This document shows positions 33,836 to 46,791 of a stretch of DNA of 64,000 nucleotides, in pieces (the stretch's first letter is position 1; every line of letters begins with the position of its first letter). A program made the position numbers and the translations under genes. The notes below the pieces were generated by a model. It was not told the origin of the DNA and did not search any database. It worked only from the letters and a program-made list of their open reading frames with translations. The DNA is from Eledone cirrhosa (lineage: Eukaryota), in contig OZ024743.1 in the NCBI GenBank assembly GCA_964016885.1, positions 41,478,001-41,542,000 of the forward strand, read 5' to 3'.

Positions 33836-36800
33836 GAAGGTGAAGCCACGCTTCTCATCGCCTCCTGTTTTTTTCAACAGTTCTAAGCCTTTTATTCAAG
33901 TTTTAAACTTGATAAAGGTTTAGAAGAAGTGACTATCCTAATATAGGGGTTCACACATTAATAATACGGCACCCCTTTACGGGGTGTCGTATTATGTAAA
34001 AATATTATTTGTAAAAAGAATTTCTTTGAACATAGATAACACAAGAAAGAGAGAGAGAGAGCCCTGTCAGACAACACATAGAGAGTGAGACTTTGTCAAC
34101 ATATCAACAAGACAGCATTCTAGCGAAGGTAAATATAAAAGAAAATATTACGAAGGAAAAGAGAAACGATATCATTTTTAATGATATTTTTACATATTTA
34201 AAATTACCAAATATTCCTAACACAAACAATACCAACAATAACACCAACAACAACACCAACACCAACACCATCAATAACAACAACAACAACAAAAATAACA
34301 GCGGTAAGGTAGAGAACGACAATGACAATAATAACAGCCACAACAACAATAATAGTAGGAACAGTATCAACAAAAACAACAATAATAACAACAGCCACAA
34401 TAACAGTAACAACAGCAACAGTATCAACGAAAACAACAACAATTACACCGATACGTGTAACAGCGATCTCAGCACCACCAGCAAGACCAGTAGCGGCAGC
34501 AATAGTGGTACCACTGTAAAGAGACCAATTCTTTTGCAGGTGTGGCCCGAAATATCGAAACAGTGTTAGTCACAGGGGAGGACATGGCAGTCGCAAGGGC
34601 CATGGTGACAAGAAACGCCAATAGAGTTTCCCTAAAACCTCCACCCGATTTGTTTAAGGACCAGCAGCTACGGACGGTGACTTACCGCACCGTAAGCAAA
34701 ATGTCACATCAAGTGGAGAGAGCCACGGAGGCACAAATCCAAAAGGCCTTGGGGTGCGTCTGGGCACGCAAATTCTACATCACCCGAGGCAGAAAGTACG
34801 CCACAGTAGACGTACATTTCGCCACATCCCAAGAAGCGAAGTCTCACTCTTTGGAAACCCTAAAGAGTGAGGAGATAGTCTTGGTGCTCTCCTACTTCGG
34901 GCAGTAAATTGTGATGGTCAAAGTGACACAGGTCCCACCCGACGTGCCCATACCATGGCTGGCTGCGTCTGTCCTTGCTGGAATCGAGAACAAGACGACC
35001 ATGCTGCAAGTAGAGAAAATAGAGAGAGAGTGAGATCTGCTCAGGTATCGGCATGCAAATGATTATACAACCTGACCAGTAGTGTATCGACGCTATCCCA
35101 GATATCATAGACCTCGAGGAAGGACTCCAACTTCCTATAAGCGTGGAAGGAAGACGGCCAAAATGTTACCTCTGTGGGTCAAATGGTCACCTAAGGGCCT
35201 TTTGCCCTATCTGCAGAAGATAGCTTAGAAGAAGGCCGCTCTCATTCCAATGCCTTGTCCACTGCTACCAAGAGCAGGGCAGGTAACAAACGCAGAAGCC
35301 CCTTCCACGGTGAGTAGGAGGGCAACGTCCATGGCACCCGTACCAAGGCCACGGACAACTAAAGCAGCATCATCAGTAGCGGCAACACCAGTAGCTACAT
35401 TTGCAGTAGTTGCACCAGCAAGAAAATCGCCGGAGAGGGCTCCACTACCACCAACAACAGCCGTGGAGCACATACCCCTCCCATACGCCACGGAATCCGA
35501 CATGGAGTAGGAGGCTGGAGTGAAATGGCAAACGGTCTGCCACAAAAAAGAAAAAAAAACGCTTAGCTTCACCCTCCAAAACCGAAGGCATACAAAGAGG
35601 GGTAAATGCTGCAAGGAGACTTGCAGCAACACCACCACCATCACCATCACCATCACCACCACTAGCACCACCGCCAACAACAACCACACCACCACCAGCA
35701 TCGCGAAAAACACCAACATCGCAAACACAACAAAACACACACACCCAACAGCAACAAGAAGAAAACAGCAACAAAATCACCCCTCCAGCCCAAAAGTACA
35801 CAGCCATAAACATGGCAAATAAAGAACTCATAGAACTTATAAAGCAGCACACAGACATCACAGAAACGTACTACTACAGCCCACCAACACCAAGAACTCT
35901 CCCGAAAAACATAAGCATCATTGATATCAAAATAGAACAGTACAATCTTTTAAAACAAAAATTCCCTAACGCAGTTGGAGACTTCAGAGGGTCGGTTACC
36001 AAGAGAATATACACTGACATCCTCTTGGAAACACCCATGACTAGCTGTCAACAGTAAAAACTTTTAAAACAAAAATTCCCCAACGCAGTTGGAGACTTCA
36101 GAGCATCGGTTACCAAGACGATATACACTGACATCCTCTTGGAAACACACATGACTACTGTCTCTACATCACACGATCAAGGTAAGTGACCCTTTCTCAC
36201 TTGCCCCGTTTCTCATCCAACCTGGCTGTACTTAGAATAGGCCGTATAAATGTACGTGGCCTGGGGTCATCTTGGAAGCAGAGTCACATTGTCAACGACC
36301 TCAGGTCACGAAACATAGGCGTGGTGGCCATCAGCGAGACAAGATTCTCTGAAGCACGAGCCTTCGCACCGACCTTCGGCTGCCACAATGTATACGCATC
36401 TCCCAGCCGTCCAGGATCGAGGGGAGATGTTGCCCTCCTTTTTTAAAGAGGCTTGGATCTCTTCATACGAGCCATCTTCGATCCGAGCCATTCATGGAGC
36501 CTGAAGGTAAGTCAGTGGTGCTGGACGTGACCGGCAGAGAAGGCAATGCTTTCAGGCTAGTAGCCGTCTACGCCTCAACTGGGACAGGCTGGCTAGATTT
36601 CTTCAGACGTCTAGATACCTCTCTTGGGACGTCCGGCTCTTTAGTGTTAGAGGGCGACTGGAACGGTATCTTGGATGCACGCTGCGATTTTGTGGTGCTA
36701 GTGGATAGGGGAGGAGGGTGCAAGAGCCTCACCAACCTGCTCAGACGTTTTGAACTGTCTGCCAAGTATCAACTCGATCACCCGAATGTGCCAATGTGGA

Positions 36801-39800
36801 CATGGGCAAACCGCATCGGGTCATCCAAATCGTATCTCGATAGGTTGTTCTGCAGAGAACTAGATAAGTTTAGTACAAGTTGTCTACAATTTAAAATAGT
36901 CGACTACACAGACCACGAATTTGTGATCTGTAAGATCGCCATAGACAGACTTTATAGACAAGGACCCGGTTACTGGAAGCTGAACGCGTCTTCCCGGCGC
37001 GCAAGGCCTACGGAGACCAGATTAGCGTATTAGTGAAGCGGGCGTTAACGGGAGCGGTTGTCAACAACAGGTGGTGGTTTGACCTGAAAAGGGCAATTAA
37101 AGTAGAGTCCATTAGGTTTAGCAAAAGACTAGTAATAGAGGAAATAGGGTAGATGGAGAGCTAGTTAGAAAGCTAGAAGAGGCGTTAAGGACAGGCATCG
37201 CAACCGACGTGCTTGCGGCGAGATTGGCACTCGACCAATTCTTGAACGCAAAACACGAAGGCTGCGTTGTCAGAGCTAAAACGCGTGATCTGAAACACGA
37301 GGGGACGAAAGCCGTCCAATGGGCCGGGGTGGCAGAGGGGAGACGTGGCAACAAAGCCACAATTTAGTCTTTGTCTGACCAAAATGGGCGCGTGTTGCTC
37401 GAACCCAAGCAGATGTGTGTGGCTTTTCAGCAACACTTTGCTGAAATGTTCGCGAGCAGCGGCGGGCCGGATCAGAATATGGACTTCAGTGCATACGTCG
37501 TCGGACTACCTGGGCTCACGACGACCGCAGCAAAGTATTGCGAAAAGCCAATAATGGCCGGTGAAATACGGGAGGTGATGGCAAAGTGCACGAGAGGTAA
37601 ATCGCCAGGTTTGGATGGTCTGCCCTACGAGGTTTATGCATTTATGCCAGACTTGTTCGGTAATCTCTTGGCAGACGTCTACTGCAATTGGCAGCAGAAC
37701 GGGAGCATTCCCAGTTTTGCGAGCCGGAGAGCAGTGGCACTGCTGAGAAAAGACCTGAACAAGGGGGATGTTATCGATAACTTCAGACCCATAACTTTTC
37801 TAAATGCAGAGTTCAAGATTATGGCCAAGGTGTTAGCAACGAGATTTGCGCTTGTCGTCGGGGATCTGGTGCGAGAGGCGCAGACATGTGCCATTCCGGA
37901 CAGATCCATACACGACAACCTCAACCTCATGCGATCCATCATAGAGAGGGTGGTTAAGGAACCTGCACCGGTGGAGCCCTGATCAACTTGGATAAAACCA
38001 GACCATTCGATAGGGTCGACCATCGTACCTGATGGCGGTCCTCGAGGCAGCCGGTTTCAGGCCCGTTTTCTGGGGTTGGGTCGCTGCGATGTAGAGCGAC
38101 ATCTGCTCGGTTATGAGGGTGAACAGTCACCTGACCCAGCCGTTCAGCATCATGTGCTCGGTCCGTCAGCGTTGTTCTGTCTTGTATGTATTGGCTCTCG
38201 AGCCGTTACTGCACACACTGGGGGCGATGAGGGGCGTCCCACGCGAACAAGGATGCGGGAAATCCGAGTCGGCTTACACCGACAACATCACCGTGGTGCT
38301 GTCGAGTACCAGATACGTCCAGATGCTCGGCACCGCTCTCAACAATTACGAAGCGGTGACAGGAGCAAAGATAAACCAAGAAAAGTCGGTGGGCTTACAG
38401 TTCGGCACCTGGAGAGGCAAGTCCATGCCGTCCGACAGCGTCGTGGGGCGTTGGACAGTTAAATTGCTCGGGTTCTGGTTCGGACCGGACCTCCAGATAG
38501 AAAAAAAAACTGGAGCGTGGTGACGTGCAAGGTAGCCTCCCTCACCCAGAAATGGGCCGAGAGGAAGCTGTCCCTGAAAGGCCGGGCGGAGGTGGCGAAT
38601 GCGTACAGCGCATGCGTCATCTGCTACCGCTTCACCGTCGTCCCTTGCCCCGGCCCAACTCTCACCAAAATAGAGCGCCTTCTCTTCCGCCTTTTGTGGA
38701 AAGGATGCGCTCCCATGATCAGACGATCCATCTGCTTTCAAAACCTGTTGCGTGGAGGACTGGGCATGCCATGGCTGATGGTACGCAAACTTGCGCTGAG
38801 GCTGCGACATCTCTGGTGGTTGCTTGACGGTGAACAGGTGTGGTCGCCGTTTGCTAGGCACGTTTTCCCATACTCTTCTCCTTGACGGAGCTGCAATCCT
38901 GGGTCAGGAAAAGACCGAGGGATAGCGCTTGGAAACTGGAATGTCTTCAGGCGCTTACCACCCTCTGCCATCTGGGCACCAGTATCGGTGGAACATCCAC
39001 CTAGGCGTTCTATAGAGGACTAGTGGAGGGGAAGAACGACGACGTTCTCGGATAGATCCTGGGCGTCGGAGAACTTTCAGCCCAGGACCTATGGATAACT
39101 TCCAGAAATCCCTGGCCTGGCAGTGCTACCGGGGAACGTTGCCGGTTCGAGATAAGCTCTACAGGCACGGAAGTGCCGTCAGCCGAGCCTGTCCGAGATA
39201 CGCGCAGAGCGACGAAAACGTCGTGCACGAACTCGTTTAGTGCCCGTGCATTGTGGAACTATGTCGAACAGTTGCTGTCGCGGGTAGGACCGATCCAATT
39301 ATCGACTGAGTCCATTGTGTAGATGGTCTTACCGTCTTCCTTCGAGGAGGAAGGGCAGGCAGTTTTCATCTGCCTGGTGGCCATGGCGAAAGAGATTGTG
39401 TGGTGGTCAAGGTTGAAAGGGTTAACGACAGACACTTTCTTCTTCGGTGAATCCCTGATTAACACTTTCAAGTTACATTTGAAGAGGAACATCAGGGTGG
39501 AAAGGCAAGTGCTGTCTTCTAGCAAGTTTGTTGAAAGGTGGGTGAATGTAACGAGAATAGTCCGAGTGAACGGGACCGCTCTGAATATACACTTGTAGTT
39601 TTAGGTATGGAAAAATTGAGAGAGGGCGCTTGCCCTAGTGGTCTGGGTGGTCTTGGTCTTTTGTGTGGTTTTCGCCAAGAGTAACCCTCGGAGGTTTCCC
39701 CACTATTGGGCAATTTTTCATTCTTTGAAATTTCATTTTTATCGTTTATATATATATATGTTTTTATGTATTTTATTCTTTTTCTTTTCTTATATAAATA

Positions 39801-39905
39801 ATAAAATCTTTACGCCCACAAAACCCAAATCGTTCCGTCCTGTACCGTCCTGTGCCGTCTGTAATGTTTTTCTTGATGTCAGCCCTTGTGGCCAATAAAG
39901 AAATC
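33836..39905 (+). mobile_element. Tx1 copy type C, full length, degenerate
   Basis: Distinct 5' UTR (gaaggtgaagcc...), ORF1 remnants with CYLCGSNGHLRAFC, APE/RT remnants, ends aataaagaaatc(att)n. Confidence 0.9.
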
Positions 39906-39914
39906 ATTATTATT

Positions 39915-39951
39915 ATGTCTACTTTATGTGAACCCTTGTGGTTATTAAAGA

Positions 39952-39954
<3 letters not shown>
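39915..39954 (+). mobile_element. 40-nt Tx1 (type A) 3'-terminal fragment
   Basis: atgtctactttatgtgaacccttgtggttattaaagaaa between two ATT tracts. Confidence 0.75.
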
Positions 39955-40006
<52 letters not shown>

Positions 40007-40010
40007 ATAA

Positions 40011-40541
40011 TGAGTCCATCGTGAGGATTGCCTAACCCTCTTCCTTTAGCCGGGAAGGGCAGGCAGTTTTTATCTCACTGGTGGCCATGGCGAAAGAGAT
40101 AGTATGGTGGACACGTTTGAAAGGGCTGAAGACGAGCACTTACCTCTCGAAGCCCTGATTAACTTTTTCAAATTTCATCTGAAAAGGAAAATCAGGGTAG
40201 AGAGGGAAGTGCTCTCTTCCCAGCATTTTGTTGAAAGATGGGTGAGAGAAGCAAGTATGGCCCGAATGAATGGGCCTTCTCTGAGTATGTGTCTGTAAAT
40301 TAAAGGTGGAAAACTGGGAGAGGGCACTTGCCCTGGTGGTCAGGGCCACTGTGGTCTTTTAATGGGCTTTCTCCACAAATGTCCCTCGGAAGTCTCCCCC
40401 CTATTGGGGAATTTTTCTTTGTTATTTTATTTCATCCTCTGTTTTTTTTACACGCAGAAATGCCCATTTGTACCGTCCTGTATTGTCCTGTACTGTCCTT
40501 AATGTCTACTTTATGTAAACCCTTGTGGTTAATAAAGAAAA

Positions 40542-40542
<1 letters not shown>
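40011..40542 (+). mobile_element. 5'-truncated Tx1 copy
   Basis: ORF2 C-terminus and 3' UTR between ATT tracts. Confidence 0.9.
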
Positions 40543-40593
<51 letters not shown>

Positions 40594-41020
40594 GTTCTTT
40601 GAGTCTCAGTCATTGATGTTAGTTCACCTGAAAGTTTGTTGAAATGAATATCAAGCCACTACCTGCAACCTCAGATATTCAGGACGTATCGGAGCGTTCT
40701 TGCTGTTCCCAGCAAGCATGCCTTTTGAAGCGTTCCAAAAAGCTTGAAGGGGCCAATTTTCTTTAACCATCCCTGGAAACTTTTTGAGATAGTCCCTAGT
40801 GCGCCTATGACAATCGGGACCACTTTGACTTCATGGCAGTTCCAAATCCTTTTTACCTCCGATTTTAAGTCCTGGTATCGGTTAATTTTCTCCCTCTCCT
40901 TCTCTTGCACTCTCGTGTCGAATTGGCAGGCCACATCCACAATCAGGCACGATCTTTTTTCTTTGTCCAAAACCACCAGGTCAGGTCTATTGTGTTCCAG
41001 TTTCTTGTCCGTCTGTATCC

Positions 41021-41021
<1 letters not shown>
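40594..41021 (-). mobile_element. 5'-truncated R4/Dong-like copy (second family; RLE domain)
   Basis: RIQTDKKLEHNRPDLVV...IVDVAC...KINRYQDL...GALG; bounded by (TAA)n. Confidence 0.9.
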
Positions 41022-41066
<45 letters not shown>

Positions 41067-41067
<1 letters not shown>

Positions 41068-44000
41068 GCCGCACATGTGTGAAGACAGACAAGTCTGCGG
41101 GGGAAAAGGTACGTAGCTTTAAACTGTTTTAAATTGTCTTTTTTTTGTATTTCCTTGTCATTAAAGAAACTTAAGGTACACATCTTGATTTAAAGAGGGG
41201 GCTACCTCTCAATATTTGGGCTTTAAGCCCGAATATTGAGATTTATTTTTTAAAAACTTCGAAAAAAATCGCTTCCCCACCAAAAAAAAAAAAATTATGG
41301 AAATTTTCAACCTTGAAACGGTAAACAAAGTTCAGGTCAAAAGTTTAAAGGCAGCCACTGCAGATTTCATCACGACTACGACGGCTACAGTCATGCCTGT
41401 CATCCACTCTACTGAATGTGAAGGCAAAACTAAAAAGCTACCATCACAATCTTCTGCCATAGCAGCAGTATCATGTGAAAACAGCATCACCACCACCGCC
41501 AGGAAAGCTCTCCCACTCCCCCTACCCCCCAATTATACACATAGACAAAAAAATAAATAAATGCACACACAGACACAGAGACACTCACAGACACAGACCC
41601 TTTGTCTTCCAGCAGCGAAGATGAAGGAAAACCCAAAAGTGCAAAAAAACAGAGAAAACTCACAAAAAAAAAGCCCCAACAAAACACAAAAACCCACACA
41701 ACAAAAAATACAGACACCATTAACGCAAACACTTCCCCAATAACATCAGCATCATCAGCAACATCGACACCACCTCCACAATCCCCGAAACGCAAACAAC
41801 CTAAACAAACACAAGTACAAATAAACACACAAATACCTGAAATTGCAGACACCACACCTACAACAAACATAGACATACCCGAAACAACACCACCAAAACC
41901 ATCGCCACCACCTTCACCAAAACGAAAACAAATAAACCCACACCGACAAAATGTTAAAAACTTCGTGATTGTCAGAAGGGCCAACGATAAACTGATGGCC
42001 CTCTTAGCGCGAAGCGAGGACATTCAAACAGAGGGGGAGATTTTTGAAATGAGCACATTTTGCGTGCCAGAAGATTTGCTTCTGGTCCGAATGTCACTCA
42101 ATTCCTTCAAAGAAATTCAGGAGAGCTTTCCTCAAGACGTGGGAAACCCGAATGTGAAAACCACATCAAGACTTTTAAAGGGGTTCCCAAAAGAAACCCC
42201 ACCAACCATGGAGATCGAACCACCCGACCTTCACAAGACCCGGGAGGTAAGTAAACCTTCCTTCTCTCTCTCTTAGCTTACCAATATGGCCATATTAAGA
42301 GTAGGAAGTTTAAATGTTCGCGGCCTGGGGTCACCCTGGAAGCAGGGTCGCCTGCTCAACGACCTCCGGTCGCTGGAAATGGATGTGATTGCCGTAAGCG
42401 AGACCAGAATTTCCGACACACGCGTACTTGCCCCCATTTTCGACGACTATCAGATCTTCGCATCTGTTAGCAGGCCAGGAATGGAGGGTGGGGTGGCAGT
42501 GCTGTTTAGGAAAGGACTGGATCTCGAGGTAAGGTCAATCTTCCGGGACCCAGACGGTAAGTTGGTGGTCTTGGATGTGAGCAGTAGCGAAGGTGGTGCC
42601 TTTAGACTGCTGGCCGTCTACGCCCCTACAGGGGCCGGACGACCTGACATCTTTAGGCGCCTGGAGACCTTTCTGGGTACGTCTCGCCCTTTACTGTTAG
42701 CGGGGAACTGGAATGGCATCTTAGACGCACGCTGGGATTGTGTGGGAGTAGCCGATAGGAGCCGGGGGTGCAAAAGCCTCAAGCACCTACTCAGCCAGTT
42801 CCAACTGTCTGACAGGTATCGACTAGATTTCCCCAATGTGCCAGTATGGACATGGACCAATCGAATGGGGTCATCTAGATCGTATATAGACAGAATCTTC
42901 ATTAGGAAAATACATAGAAATAGTGTGGGCTGTCCACTTTTTAAAACGGTCGCCTATTCAGATCACAAATTTTTGATCTGTACGGTCGACCTAAATAAAA
43001 TGCATAGGTTAGGACCGGGTTACTGGAAGCTGAACATGTCATTTCCGGCACGTAAGGCTTACAGGGACCGAGTCAACAAGTTAGTTAAGCAAAAGTTGAC
43101 AGGGGGGATCATCAACAACATATGGTGGGGGGCTCTCAAAAGAGAGATTAGAGTAACTTCGATAGAGTTCAGCAAAGAACTAGCGTTAGAGAAAAATAGA
43201 AAGGAGTGGGAGCTGGTAGATAAGTTAGACGAGGCTATTTGTAGTGGCATCGCAACTGACGTGCTAGCGGCGAGAATGGCATTAGACCATTTCTTCAATG
43301 TCAAACACGAAGGTTGCATTGTCAGAGCTAAGGCGCGTGCGCTGCGAAACGAGGGAACTAAAGCTGTTCGATGGGCCCGCGTGGCGGAGGCGCAGCGTGG
43401 TAATAAAACCACAATTCGGTCTTTGGCGGCCCGAGATGGACACGAGATAAGCGATTCCAAGCGGATGTATGAGGCCTTTCGCCAGCACTTTGCTCCGCGC
43501 ATCTCGACGGTCGACGCTGAGCGCTGCGAAAGGCCGATTACTTCAGCCGAAATTCAGGATGCCCTTGTCGGCTGCATGAGGCGCAAGTCACCCGGTTTGG
43601 ATGGCCTGCCCTACGAGCTTTACGTAAATATGCCAGACTTGTTCTCCGAACTCCTCGAAGCACTCTATTGTAACTGGCAGCAGAATGGGAGTATTCCCAG
43701 TTCTGTGAGCAGGGGAGTAGCGACGCTGATAAGGAAAGACGAGAACAAGAGCGATACATTAGACAACTTCAGGTCCATAACTCTGCTCAACACAGAGTTT
43801 AAGATTTTGGCCAAGGTGTTAGCAAAGAGATTGGCGCTTGTCGTCGAGGATTTGGTTGGGGAGGCGCAAACTTGCGCAATCCCAGCCAGGTCCATACACG
43901 ACAATCTCCACCTCATGCGATACATCATAGAGAGGGTAGGGTGTAAACCTGGCTTCGGTGGGGGCACTGATCAATTTAGATCAATCGAAAGCATTCGATA

Positions 44001-45920
44001 GGTTCGACCATCGGTATCTGGAGTTTGTCCTCAAAGCAGCTGGCTTCGGCCCTGTCTTTAGAAGCTGGATCGTTGCAATGCACAGCGGCACACGCTCGGT
44101 GGTCAAGGTTAATGGCCACCTCTCGGAACCATTTCGGCTCTCCCGATCGGTCCGTCAAGGGTGCCCTCTCTCTTCCCTTCTGTACGTATTGACTCTCGAG
44201 CCTTTACTGCGGAAGCTGGAGCTGTTGCAGGGCATCCCGCTCGAACCGGGACGTGGTAAGGCGGTGTCGGCCTATGCGGACGACATCACCGTGATGGTGT
44301 CGAACACCTCAGAAATCGAGGTGGTCGGCACCTTATTGAAGGAATATGAAAGGTTGACAGGAGCCAACCTTAACCCGGAAAAGTCGGTGGGCTTGCAGCT
44401 CGGAACCTGAAGAGACAAGCCCATGCCGTCCAACAGCGTCGTGGGGCGCTGGACGGACGGACCAGTAAAGTTGCTCGGGGTTTGGTTCGGACCAGACCTC
44501 CAGGTGGAAAAGAATTGGGACGAGGTAATGAGCAGAGTAGCCAGTCTCACCCAAAAATGGGCTGGGAAGAAGCTATCACTGAAAGGTTGCGCGGAGTTGG
44601 CGAATACGTACATCGCGTCTGTCATCTACTACCGCCTAACCGTCGTGCCTTGCCCCCGTCCGCGCCTCGTCAAGTTGGAACGGCTCCTCTTCAAATTATT
44701 GTGGAGGGGACAAGTTCCGTTGGTGAGGCGGTCCATCTGCTGCCAGCACCCTCTACGCGGAGGGCTGGGCATGGCGTGGCTAATGATGCGCAGACATGCG
44801 TTGAGGCTGCGACATCTCCAGATATTCTGCCTCAATTGTGAACAGGTGTGGTCGCCGTTTATCAGACAGGCCTTTCCGCAGCTCATTTCTTTGACTGAGC
44901 TGCAGTCCTGGGTCAAGACGAGACCGAGCTTGGGTGACTGGCACCTGGAATGTTGCCAGGCACTCACTGCCCTCTACCAAGCGGGCAATGCGATCAGTGG
45001 AACTTCCACTCTCGAGTTCTATAGAGGATTAGTGGTGGGCAAGTGCGATGACGCACTCGGAGAAGCTTTGGGCCTCGACGAAGTCGAACTGACCAGTCAG
45101 TACCGGAGGACTTTTGAGCCGGGGACGATGGACAATTTCCAGAAGTCCCTCGCTTGGCAGTGCTACCGGGGGGCATTGCCGGTTCGGGATAAACTCTACA
45201 GGTACGGAAGTGCTGTCAGACGGACCTGCCCAAGATGCGCACAGAACGACGAAACCGTTCTGCACGCACTTGTCCAATGTCCGTGCATTACTGACTTGTG
45301 GAGTTATGTCGAACAGCTACTGTCGCGTGTGGAACGAATCCGGCTATCGACCGAGTCCATAGTGAAGATCGAGCCGCCACCTTCCTTAGGTCAGGAAGAG
45401 CAGGACATTTTCCTCTGTCTGGTGGCAGTTGAGAAAGAGATTATACGGTGGACCAGGTTGAAAGGACTAAAGACAGACACTTTTCTCTCCGGCCAATCCC
45501 TCATCAACTTCTTCAAGTTTCACCTGGAAAGGAGGGTAGGGTGGAGAGAGAAGTGCTGCCCCCCAGTACATTTGCTAATAGGTGGGTGAATGTGGCGAGA
45601 ATGGCTCGTGTGAATGGGCCTACTCTGACCATGCGCCTATAGGCTGGCTAACTTGAGGAGAGGGGTGCTCTCCTGGGTGCCCTAGAAGCGCAGGGTGGTT
45701 CAGGATTGGTGGGGTACCCGAATCACCCCAGGGTCGTCTACCCCCTATCGGGGAATTTATTTTGTTATATTTATGCATAGTTTATTTTATATTTTTATAT
45801 TTTCATTGTTAAATTAGTCTTGCCATTGTGCACTTTTACTCGACCTAATTGTAAACCCCCACTGTCCCTGTCTTTGTATTGTCCCCTACATGTCGGCCCT
45901 TGTGGCTAATAAATGAAATC
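41067..45920 (+). mobile_element. Tx1 copy type D (short ORF1 41297..42276; ORF2 42286..45642 disrupted)
   Basis: SLNVRG, VSET, YSDH, AYADD, CPRC..HALVQC; ends aataaatgaaatc(att)n. Confidence 0.9.
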
Positions 45921-46012
45921 ATTATTATTATTATTGTTGTTGATATTCTTTGAGATTTTTGTGTCTATTATGACAATCTTCCAGTATCATTTTGTTAACC
46001 AGAAGCTGATCC

Positions 46013-46068
<56 letters not shown>

Positions 46069-46776
46069 GTTGTTGATATTCTTTGAGTCTCAGTCATTGA
46101 TGTTATTTACTTGGAAATTTTGTTGAAAAGAATATCAAGCGGCTACCTGCAGCCTCAGGACGTATCGGAGGGTTCTTGCTGTTCCCAGCAAGCATGCCTT
46201 TTGAAGTCTTCCAAAAAGCGGGGCTGGACTAATTTTCATTAACCATCCTTGGAAACTCTTTGAGATATTACCTAGTGCGTCTATGACAATCGGGACGACT
46301 CTGATTTTATGGCAGTTCCAAATCCTTTTTACCTCCCACTTTAAGTCCTGGTATCGGTTAATTTTCTCCATCTCCTTTTCTTGCACTCTCGTGTAAAATG
46401 GGCAGGCTACATCTACGATCAGGCATGCTCTTTTTTCCTTGTCCAAAACCACCAGGTCAGGCCTATTGTGTTCCAGTTTCTTGTCCGTCTGTATCCTAAA
46501 ATCCAATAGCACCTTCACCTGAAAGTTTTCTATCACCGACTCTGGCTTATGCTCATACCACTTCTCAGAATGTGGTAAATTGTTTACTTTGCATAGGTGC
46601 CAGTGGATCACTCTACCCATCACATCATATCTCCAGCCTTTATAGTGAGTCTGGGCTAGGTGTTTACACTCGGATACAATGTGATTTACAGTCTCCTTTC
46701 TCTCTCCACAGATCCTACACAGTGGGCTAGCCTCCTCCTTGTAAATATGGTGTTCCACGCACTTCGTTCTGAGGGC
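46069..46776 (-). mobile_element. 5'-truncated R4/Dong-like copy (second family; CCHC and RLE)
   Basis: ALRTK...CRICGERKETVNHIVSEC...RPDLVV...DVACP; bounded by (TAA)n. Confidence 0.9.
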
Positions 46777-46791
46777 ATTATTATTATTATT

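Noticed and set aside
17766-35861. Long antisense Leu/Val-rich ORFs opposite the ORF1 copies
   Set aside because: Shadows of (AAC/AGC/ACC)n-rich coding sequence.
41061-41120. Twister ribozyme at the type D 5' end
   Set aside because: UAA and short helices are present, but the twister pseudoknot elements cannot be assigned.
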